A stretch of DNA of 56,728 nucleotides, filler included, from Catajapyx aquilonaris (Eukaryota): the NCBI GenBank assembly GCA_000934665.2. It is 3 parts of 3 records of this genome, joined end to end, with 100 filler letters (N's around TTAATTAATTAA, not from the genome) between each part and the next. Parts side by side here need not be neighbours in the genome. Positions count along the whole stretch, not along the records: positions 37,931 to 56,728 come from JYFJ02006596.1; 2 more parts are not named here. The stretch is one strand, 5' to 3'. Shown piece after piece: positions 47,684 to 56,728 of this stretch (positions are counted from its first letter, which is position 1; every line of letters starts with the position of its first letter). A program made the translations under genes and the position numbers. The notes under the pieces were generated by a model. That model made no database searches and was not told where the DNA came from. It saw only the letters and a list, made by a program, of their open reading frames with translations.

Positions 47684-49688
47684 TTACATGTCCTTTTTCT
47701 TTTCCTTTTCGTTGTATCCCAGCATGTCTGCCAACTGAAGAGTGTTTTGCAGGACAGTGTCTGCCATGTCTTGCACTTCTTCTCTTCCACTGACCAGTGC
47801 AGAATCCACCATGAAATTGACGTTCAACTTATCCACATAGGTACACGCGTTGATGACAATCCCTGAAAACATACACACATTTTAAAAGGATTTATCTGAA
47901 ATTGCATGTTCATTGATATGAGTAGATTGCTCAAACGACCCAAGCTAATTCTTCCAGCAATACGAGGTGATTTTTAAGCAAGGCACTAACCGTTCTTATC
48001 TTGATGAATCGTAGTGGAGAAAAAGCTCAGCAGTTTTTTCCCGTTGTAGGTTAGTTGGGGTCCTCTTCCGGGAAGGTAACTGACGCTTGCCCTGTAGTCT
48101 GCCTTCTTGCTCAAGGCCTGAAACAGTGGACCCGGAAGAATGTGGCCCAGTATTCTGAATCCCCAATGAACCGACAGGGGTTCAAGGGACCTACTGATCA
48201 GGCCTATCATTCTCTGAGTGTCTCTCAGTCGCTCCAGAGGATCCATCTTCTTCGCTGAGAAAGGCAAGGTTGTAACGGTGAAGCTGTTTGATTCGATGAC
48301 CTCCTCTGGTGAAGGGAACGCCAAAATCAAGGCGGACCGAATGACCGACGGAGAATACTTCTTGTTGCTGTAGTACTTTTGCAGACAGGCGCCAAACGAG
48401 GCGAGAATGACGTCTGAGAAGTTGCACCCGGCCTTCCTCTTGATGAACCTGACGATGGAGGTGTCCAAGGAGAAGGCGCAGAATATCTTCTTCCCACTCA
48501 GGGGAGGAAGAAGGCTGTCGTTCAGCATCCTTCTGAACGTGTGGGGAACGAGGAAGGAAGGGATGCTGAAGATGGCCGCAGCGTTCAGAAGGAACATCGT
48601 CCAGGGATACATCGGCGGCAGTGGAGGGATCGGGTTGTAAGAAAACTCCTGCTCGAACAAGTATCTGAAACAAGAGGTGATGGACTCAACATCTGACTGT
48701 ACCGCATGTTCTTGGGCCATGATTTAAAAATTGGTGATTGTTGTTCTATAATGCAACAAAAACAAAAACATAATGACTCAAGAGGCTCAAATTTTACTGG
48801 GTCGCACTTGTCGTTGCCCCAGCAGATTTGATTGACAGACTCTTTATATTCACGAATCAGCGCCCTTCGTATACACATGTTGTTAACTATATCATAAGAA
48901 TCACTATTCTCTATTCACATGTCCAGAAAAAAATAGAGAAAAAAGCCTATTTTTTGTAGAACAGTGTTGTTGTTAACCACGTACAAGGTAAGTGACACTC
49001 AAGCCAATATTTTACCTCGGGATAATTTACACTACATTTTAATAAATGAGATGCACAACCTTTTCATTATCTTGAGAAGCCCTATGCCGTCCATTATTGC
49101 GTGGTTCCCTCTGAGGATCCACACCATTTTGTTGTCCACGTTCGGCTTCCCAACCTCGTCGTCCATCACACATCTCGGTGCATAATGAATCTCACTAAGT
49201 GGCATTCCCTTGGCGAACGGAGCACAGTGCACGTTGTCAGTGTAGATCCTAACCACTTCCGAGACGGTGTAGGTCTTCTCGGGGTCCACTCCTTTCAGTA
49301 CATGGAAGCTGTCTCTTAGGTGGAAATCGTCATTCTTCCTCCAGTAGTAGTAACCCAGGATCTTTTCTACAGTCGAACCCAGTGGATTATCCGGATAATC
49401 ATGCAAGAACCTGTCCAACCTGCCGCTCAGATCTTCCAGCGTCACTTCCTCAAACGAAGATTCGATCACGAAGAATGCGCCAATCGCACCCATTTTGGTC
49501 TCATCGATGGAAATGAAGTATGTTTCCATCCCGGCCAGTTGCTTCATCTTGTTCCCGAATCGCAACCACACCACCAGACGAGACACGACCCATAACGGTA
49601 TGGATATTAGAAGTAGAGGGATCAAGAAGATCCAGTTCAAGATGTTAAAGGTAACTTTAACAAGTTGCACGCACAGAGCAGCCAACAT
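47684..49688 (-). CDS. WS/DGAT-like (wax ester synthase/diacylglycerol acyltransferase) gene 1, 493 aa; exons 49688-49060, 48664-47991, 47862-47684
   Basis: N-terminal TM, ILGYYYWR, RGNHAIMDGIG (HHxxxDG variant), FSDVILA..GACL, SVSYLPG, GIVINACTY..KLNVNFMVDSAL (WS_DGAT_C-like); consistent intron phases, 1482 nt. Confidence 0.82.
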
Positions 49689-50702
49689 CCTCGCTGTTTG
49701 AGATGGGCAGTAGCAGCGAAATAATTATACGCTGCAGATTTGAAAATGCTCAGTAGAATTATTGCGTCGCGATATTTCAAGGTATTTTCAAATCATTTGC
49801 AGGGTGGTTCACTGTCCAAGTCCAATTAGGAGTTGCCAGTTGCTTGCAACAGAAATCGGTGTATAAGGAGAGGCAACGACCAGAACAAGTCAATGATTGG
49901 TGATTCCAACTAACTTGTTGCTGGGGGGAACAACTCACAATTTATTACCAAATCATTCACTTTGAATAGCGGACATGCTCAGTAAACCACCCTGTGCATA
50001 CACATTGAGTAAGATGTATGGAGGTCATTTTTTATAATAAGAAACCTCGCAGCATATGAAGTCGATATGAAGCAATATGTTTCTTTTTAAATACCGTGGT
50101 ATAGTTGCGAAATACCATAAAAGGAAACTGCAAAGGAAAAAGTTTCCTTTTTCCTTTTATACTGGATTATGCTGGAAAACAATCGCAGCTGTACACAACT
50201 ATAATTATTATGCAATATTGCCAAATACTGTGGGGAGGGAAAAATTCGCGGAATTTTGGAAATAGGGCCCTTTTTGGATAATTTTTTCGGTTATTATTGG
50301 GAGTGATCAACATATGCACCACATGAAAGAGAAACACGAGGAGAATGCGATGGAATGGCGCATACGTTTTTCTGATTAAATTTTCCAGGAAAACAAATTT
50401 CATATACGAATTCTCCCCGTATTTTCTCATTCATTTGAGGCATATGTTGATTGGGGTTTAATGAGTTATGTGTGGACATGTTCAGCAAAAACCACCCTGT
50501 GTGTTGTATTGCGCATAATCTTTGACGGTCATTTCTTATAATATGTAGCCTTAAAGCACATGCTGCAATAGGTTGCTTTTTATATGGTGTAGATTAATTT
50601 ATAGAGATGTATAAGAAAATTAATGTCGCTGCACAATGTTATTGCAACTTATTCAAAAATCGCATATGTCGGCCATTATTTTCTTGCACTTCTGTTTATT
50701 CG

Positions 50703-50740
50703 CTGACCAATGCAGAATCCATCATGAAATTGATGTTCAC
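50703..50740 (-). pseudogene. Short relic of a further WS/DGAT exon 3
   Basis: ctgaccaatgcagaatccatcatgaaattgatgttca vs ctgaccagtgcagaatccaccatgaaattgacgttca in both genes. Confidence 0.6.
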
Positions 50741-50752
50741 CCTATATTCACA

Positions 50753-51074
50753 TCTCTATCTCTATAAATAAGGAAGTTTGTCAGTTTATTTGTCAATTTG
50801 GATGTTTGTCCCTTATAGAAATCCGGGGGAAGGCCCCTACACCGCCTTAAATGAGCATATCGGGAGTTACATTTTTCAAGGAATTTAATGCCGCATGTTT
50901 CAGCTTCCGAAAATCAACCTAACACCCATAACACGCATATTCCCAATTAACCAATTATCAATTACCTATTTGACAATATTCGTAGATTTCCATGGTAATG
51001 CCCTCATTACATTGTAGGCCTACCACCATAACAATGACCATAACATACCCGGGCAACGCCGGGTAACCTGCTAG
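50753..51074 (+). mobile_element. Non-autonomous Helitron
   Basis: A|TC start (tctctatctctataaataag..tttgtc), GC hairpin cccgggcaacgccggg at 51048-51063, CTAG|T end. Confidence 0.75.
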
Positions 51075-51309
51075 TACTATATAAATTATGACGACTGATG
51101 TGTGTAGCAAGATTGTGCAGGACAATTTCTTATGCAGTTAGTTTTATGTAGATGACATATGAGGCTGAGTTATATAAATGGTAACAACGATTTGCGTGAT
51201 ATAATTACGAAATTAAGGATAAGGGGTTGCAAAATTTTATGAATAAATTAACCACCACACGACATGAATAGGCGGGGGGTGAACATTATGAAAATTCAGT
51301 GACAAGTTT

Positions 51310-54218
51310 TTATATTATGCCATTTTTCTTTTCGTTGTATCCCAGCATGTCTGCCAACTGAAGAGTGTTTTTCAGAGCAGTGTCTGCCATGTCTTGCACT
51401 TCTTCCCTTCCACTGACCAGTGCAGAATCCACCATGAAATTGACGTTCATCTTACTTAAATATGTGCAAGCACTGATGACAATCCCTGAAAATATAAACA
51501 CATTCTCTGTCGCGTTATCAAGCAATAATTGACATAATATCACTTGTATACCCACGATTCGAACACATTTGTAAAATATGGAAGATCACCTGAATCAAAA
51601 TTATATAAACTGACCAATTTGTCCATCTTTTTATGCGGAAAAATTGATCTGATATCCCATTCAATGCCTATAACTTGCACTACCAACAATAATATTGCTC
51701 TACTATATACAGATGTGTAATTTGTAAGCAAGACACTAACCGTTCTTATCTTGATGAATCGTAGTGTAGAAAGCGTCTAGCACTGTCTTCCCATTGTAGG
51801 TTAGTTGGGGTCCTCTTCCGGGAAGGTAGGTGACACTTGCCCTGTAGTCCACCTTCTTGCTCAAGGCCTGAAACAGTGGACCTGGAAGAATGTAGCCCAA
51901 TAATTTGAATGCCAAGTAAACCGACAGTGGTTCAAGGGACCTCTTGATCTGGCCTATCATTCTCTGAGTGTCTCTCAGTCGCTCCAGAGGATCCATCTTC
52001 TTCGCTGAGAAATGCAAGGTTGTAATGGTGAAGCTGTTTGATTCGATGACCTCCTCTGGTGAAGGGTAGGCCAACACCATAGCGCAATTGATGACCGACG
52101 GAGAATACTTCTTGTTGCTGTAGTACTTTTGCAGGCAGGCGCCAAACGAAGACAGAATGACGTCTGAGAAGTAGCATCCGGCCTTCTTCTTGATGAACCT
52201 CACAATGGAGGTGTCCATGGAGAAGGAACAGAATATCTTCTTCCCACTCAGGGGAGGAAGACGGCTGTCATTCAGCATCCTCATGAACGTGTGGGGAACG
52301 AGGAAGGAAGGGATGCTGAAGATGGCCGCAGCGTTCAGGAGGAACATCATCAAAGGAGATATCGGAGGAAGTGGCGGAATCGGATCGTATGAAAACTCCT
52401 GCTCGATCAAGTATCTGAAACATAAGGTGATGGTAAGAAATATATTGCTGAGCAGCATGTTCCTCGGCCATGACATACAAATAAGTGACTGTTCCGTCAT
52501 GCAACATAATATGATCAAATACCAATATTTTACCTGCCCTTCTGGGTATTACGGTCTTTCAAGTGACAGCATGCGGAGCAAAAAACATGATCTGAGATTG
52601 GCATTTTTGACACCCTATAGTTTCGCCAACCACACGTCACAAAGCCAACCAAACTCGGTTACATACATGCATACATGTATGGGCACTACAACATACACGA
52701 ATCTGGTCAAAATCGGAGGAGGCCATGGCAAAAGATGGCCCACTTCACGTGGAATGCCTCATATAACTTATATAAAATGCAAAGTTTGTTGGTTTGTCCC
52801 ATTCCCCTCCTCCCCACCCCGGGGCCCGAACCGTTCCGGAACATGTCAAAGGTTGTCCATAGCAAAGGGGTACATTCTTAAATTCCCGTGCGAATAAAAG
52901 CTATCATGTTATACAGGGTGTATCTGAACTCAGTGCCCCGACGTATATGACTGCCTTCCTAGCCACCAGAGGATCGATTTAAGTATAGGAGTCATATGTC
53001 TGGGCAGCCTCATTACGGAGATAATTGGCCGCAAACATGTAGTACAAAATATCCTGTCGGTTAGGCCACCCATCGAACCCTCCCCCAGTCAGAAGGCTCT
53101 GGAAGGTCTGGGGGCGGGACTTTGTTGGTTTGTTGCCCACAGGTGGTAAGGCCTCTTTGGCTAGTTACACCAGAAAATTCTATTCAAAAGTCAGAAGGAG
53201 CGATTAGGCAAAAATCGCTAAAGAGTGTATCTCAGTAATGAGGCTGCCCAGACATATGATTCCTATACTTAAATCGATCCTCTGGTGGCTAGGAAGGCAG
53301 TCATATACGTCGGGGCACTGAGTTCAGATACACCCTGTAGATGATTTCTTTAACGAGCGCAACCGAGTGCGCACCCACAATCGCGCAAGTCTATTGTTCC
53401 AACAACAACGTTACCACAGTTACTAATCAGGGGCCTCTAAGGTTCGTTACAGAGCCTTGGCAACATCGCAAAAGTCGGCCATCTTGTTACCCCCTCAACC
53501 AACTTGCGCGAACTGCTTTGCTCACTCGGTTGCACTCATTTAAAAATTTTAAAAACATCTCTTAGTTCTCCTAATAAATAATGGCAAACCTTTTCATCAA
53601 CTTTAGAAACCCCATGCCGTCGATTATTGCGTGGTTCCCTCTGAGGATCCACACCATTTTGTTGTCCACGTTCGGCTTCCCAACCTCGTCGTCCATCACA
53701 CATCTCGGTGCATAATGAATGTCACCAAGTGGCGTTCCTTTGGCGAACGGAGCACAGTGCACGTTGTCAGTGTACATCCGAACCACTTCCGAGACGGTGT
53801 AGGTCTTCTCGGGGTCCACTCCTTTCAGTAGATGGAAGCTGTCTCTTGGGCGGAAATCGTCCTTCTTCCTCCAGTAGTAGTACCCCAGGATCTTCTCCAC
53901 AGTCGAAGTCATTGGCAGATGCGGATGATCCCGCACGCACCTGTCCAACTTGTGGCTTAGATCTTCCAGCATAACTTCATGAAACGAACCTTCGACCACG
54001 ATGAATGAGCCAATCGCACCCATTTTGGTCTCATCGATGGAAATAAAGTATGTTTCCATCCCGGCCAGTTGCTTCATGTTGTTCCCAAATCGCAACCACA
54101 CCACCAGACGAGACACGACCCATAACGGTATGGAAACCAAGAGCAGTGGGAATAAGAATATCCAGATCAAGACGTTGAATATCCCTTTAACAAGATGTCC
54201 GGACAAAGACGCCAACAT
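51310..54218 (-). CDS. WS/DGAT-like gene 2 (tandem paralog), 492 aa; exons 54218-53590, 52414-51741, 51485-51310
   Basis: Same exon sizes (629/674 nt) and motifs as gene 1, RGNHAIIDGMG; 1479 nt in frame. Confidence 0.82.
52914..53337. mobile_element. 424-bp Tc1/mariner-type MITE (copy 2), TA target duplication, in intron 1 of WS/DGAT gene 2
   Basis: same length as, and nearly identical to, 6028-6451. Confidence 0.95.
53343..53550. mobile_element. Small element with imperfect TIRs
   Basis: ttaacgagcgcaaccgagtgcgca ... tgctcactcggttgcactcatttaa; similar motif at ~14020-14040. Confidence 0.45.
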
Positions 54219-54437
54219 TATCTCCCTTTCAACTGATGGCTCAGCCTATTATGATGCAAATCATCAAGATAGCTTCCTTTATATATAGCTGTTACCCATC
54301 GATATATAACCCATGTATAAAGGGTATATTGCAAATGTAACTAACTATTAACATCAGAGTTCATTGTGCCTTAGCATTGAGGATGTTATTGACCATTGAA
54401 TAAGTGTAACTGGATGGTGTCACGTGTGAGCTACAAA

Positions 54438-54927
54438 TGTAACGTTCGCTCATACTCAGCGGTTTCTGGAGAACAATGACTATGTCGCGTCAGCATGCCC
54501 ATGTAAGGCAATCCTTCCGGGGCGTTGGCTAGGGGGGATTGACCAAGAAGATGACGAAGAGCTGGAGAAACAGAGGGCATAAAAGGAACAACTAGAGTGT
54601 GTGCAGGACAGTCTAGTCATGGTGCGAATAGTGAGAAGGTGCTGAAGCCAAGTGCCAGGAAGGAAGGAAGGAAGGAAGGACGTCCACTGGTCACCGCTGA
54701 TACAGGATGACCCAAGACAGTACGGTATTGTTCCATCAGTGTGTGTGTGTACTATTGGGAGTGATCACCATCCTGTAAGAATGTTTCTGTAACAGTAATT
54801 TTGAGTACTACCATTGTAAACCCTAACCGAACATTAAAACCAATTTGTTGTTATCCCTTGAAGTCGATCCACTTTTATTTTGGTAATTAAAAGAACTCAG
54901 ATCATTCAACAAGAGTGGATGATATCA
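54438..54927 (+). mobile_element. 5' LTR of a Ty3/gypsy-type retrotransposon (left boundary approximate)
   Basis: TG(taac)...(gatat)CA, internal cataaaa and attaaa signals, immediately followed by a PBS; the 3' LTR is outside the window. Confidence 0.65.
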
Positions 54928-54929
54928 TT

Positions 54930-54947
54930 TGGCGGCAGCGGTGGGAT
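54930..54947 (+). promoter_or_regulatory. Primer-binding site, tRNA-Leu type
   Basis: TGGCGGCAGCGGTGGGAT, one mismatch from the complement of the tRNA-Leu 3' end ATCCCACCGCTGCCACCA (recalled, not searched). Confidence 0.75.
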
Positions 54948-55065
54948 AAGTGAGCATTGATAACTTGATTAACTTTGTTCGCTTATCACCTTTTGTGTAT
55001 CGACTTCTGAAAGAAAGTAAATCGGTTAGAAATACAGTGGTAGTGACTCACAGTGAACCAGTAGG

Positions 55066-56007
55066 ATGCCTGACCCACCTGCAGTTGTCCCTCCGTTATC
55101 AGTGGGGTTGCTCCCCAACATACCACCATTTTCGGGAAGAAGGGACGAGGATTTAGAAGAAGTGTTGAGCAAATTGGAACTTGCCGCTGACCTTAGTGGT
55201 TGGGACAAGAAGCAAAAGGTTATTTTTTTGAAACTAAAACTTACTGGCGAGGCTAGAGATTTCGTGAATACGGACATTGTTTTGAAAGCGGAAAAAGATT
55301 ATGACAAGTTCATAAGCAGTTTGAGAACTCGGTTCTCCGTGTCGGAAAGTGTGCCTAAGCTGATGGTAGAGTTGGCAGAACTATACCAGAGCAACAGCGA
55401 GGATGTGGCTGAATTTGCCACTAGAATAAAGAAACTTGGGAGGAAGATAACCGACGCGTGCGCAGTAGGCAAGTCTCCCATGTTACAGGCGCAGTTGTTG
55501 GCCCAATACCGAAAAGGAATAATTTCACGAAACATCCGGCAGATGTTGAGCTGGAGGGACCCCAAGTCGTTGGAAGATGCGGTAGAGTTAGCCCGGAAAG
55601 AGGAAACCAACGAAAAGGGCGCAATGTACAAGTCGCGAAAGGGGAGCGATTTACATGCCATAGACTATGACGACACAGAGGGCGAGGTCCAGCGAGAGGC
55701 GTTGCCAAACCGGAGCGAAAGAAAGGCAGTTCATTTTGTGCAGAAAGAAAGCGCAGGAAACCACCCCAATGCCGAGCAAGTTGATCAGTCGTGCAGAACT
55801 AATCCTAACGCACGGAATAAGGCACACTGCACGTGGTGCGGAAAACCAGGTCATTGGGCGATCTCTTGCTATGCGAGAATGGGAGGAAAACCGACTCCAT
55901 CTCAAGGGCAAGGTCAGGGTCCGAAACAAAATCACAAAAAGAGACAACAGCCAGATAATGGACAGCTGATCCAAAAGTGGGAGGAGCCTCGCCTAGCGGG
56001 AAACTAA
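55066..56007 (+). CDS. gag: Retrotransposon Gag with CCHC zinc knuckle
   Basis: IPPFSG, GW...K...LKLKLTGEA, LYQ..SEDVAEFATRI, PKSLEDAVELA, CTWCGKPGHWAISC. Confidence 0.9.
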   Translation: MPDPPAVVPPLSVGLLPNIPPFSGRRDEDLEEVLSKLELAADLSGWDKKQKVIFLKLKLTGEARDFVNTDIVLKAEKDYDKFISSLRTRFSVSESVPKLMVELAELYQSNSEDVAEFATRIKKLGRKITDACAVGKSPMLQAQLLAQYRKGIISRNIRQMLSWRDPKSLEDAVELARKEETNEKGAMYKSRKGSDLHAIDYDDTEGEVQREALPNRSERKAVHFVQKESAGNHPNAEQVDQSCRTNPNARNKAHCTWCGKPGHWAISCYARMGGKPTPSQGQGQGPKQNHKKRQQPDNGQLIQKWEEPRLAGN

Positions 56008-56399
56008 TGAAGCCTGTCATCGAAAGAGGGGCAGAAGCGACGGGTTCAAAAGAGAAGAAAAGCCCCATAGAAAATCAAGTAGTGCGTAGGCGTAGGTGTA
56101 GTAATAGAGTTAAAGAATTTCGTCCTAGGGAAAATAGCGACGAAGAGGAGAGCGGGGAAGAAAAAGAATCTGAGCAAGCGCTAGAGACAGCTAGCCCAGC
56201 TAGTACTGGGTGGGAAGAGAATGTTATCGAGGATACATTTATCTGTCCCCCACCTGATGAATCAGCGAGCGGCAGTGTTGCTGACTCCACGGTTAGAAGG
56301 GGCACACGTGTAAGGCAGCCCCCCAACCGATTTGTCAAGAAGGTTTGCCAGAATCTCCGATTCATTTTAGACATGGAACCTACTTTAGGGAATAGGTAG
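55998..56399 (+). pseudogene. -1 frameshift heptamer G GGA AAC and residual pol frame (integrase-like C-terminal tail only)
   Basis: Heptamer 55998-56004 directly before the gag TAA; -1 frame open to 56399 with NRVKEF and RRGTRVRQPPNRF; no protease, RT, RNase H or DDE motifs. Confidence 0.65.
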
Positions 56400-56479
56400 G
56401 GCATGACTGATAAAGAGGTCAAGGTCGTTTAGCAGCTGAGACATACCGGTAGTGATCCAGTTGGCGAGAAACGAAAAGA

Positions 56480-56722
56480 GTAGATGACGTGACAAGAGTT
56501 GAGTCATGGTCATAGAGCAACTTGGGCAAGGGAGACCCAGTTGACATTAAGGTGTGACGTAACAAGGGGTTACGGTCGTTATAAGCAACACGGGCAAGGG
56601 AAGACCCGGTTGATACAAGAGTGTGACGTAGCGAGAAATGGGTTACGGTCGCTTAAGTAGTTGGGGAACCAAACCCAGCTGATATAAAAGTGTAACATGA
56701 CTAGAATGGGGTCATGATTGTT
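56480..56722. repeat. ~70-bp tandem repeats in the retrotransposon 3' region
   Basis: gtgacgt...ggtc...agcaac..gggcaaggga.gaccc.gttga.a, 3-4 copies. Confidence 0.8.
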
Positions 56723-56728
56723 TTATAA

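Noticed and set aside
52190..52897. 235-aa plus-strand ORF
   Set aside because: Antisense shadow of WS/DGAT exon 2 running into intronic transposon sequence
55066..56007. Domesticated Arc-like gag gene
   Set aside because: LTR, PBS, zinc knuckle and frameshift site are still present, which fits a retroelement better

Overview
Eukaryotic, intron-containing, transposon-rich genomic DNA, most likely from an arthropod (inferred from the divergent ionotropic receptors; species not determinable). Two artificial 100-bp spacers (N44-TTAATTAATTAA-N44 at 18887-18986 and 37831-37930) split the window into three blocks whose adjacency may not be real. Block 1 (1-18886): 5'-truncated hAT transposase abutting a 3.6-kb foldback palindrome, several MITEs, a THAP-domain pseudogene and a ~13-finger C2H2 zinc-finger exon. 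Block 2 (18987-37830): three divergent ionotropic receptor (IR) genes and an intact DnaJA gene with a GC-AG intron and an upstream heat-shock element. Nested antisense between IR2 and IR3 is a 7-exon gene that I assembled by hand, with consistent intron phases, into an 874-aa ankyrin repeats / eIF2-alpha-kinase (PERK/PKR-type) domain / ankyrin repeats / CaaX (CTIL) protein. This architecture matches none of HRI, PKR, PERK or GCN2 and is the best candidate for an undescribed system. Block 3 (37931-56728): AcademX-type relic, three coiled-coil paralogs, inverted receptor-tyrosine-kinase pseudo-exons, two tandem WS/DGAT-type acyltransferase genes, a Helitron, and the 5' part of a Ty3/gypsy element with intact gag and -1 frameshift site but almost all of pol deleted. 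All calls come from manual motif recognition; no searches were run.
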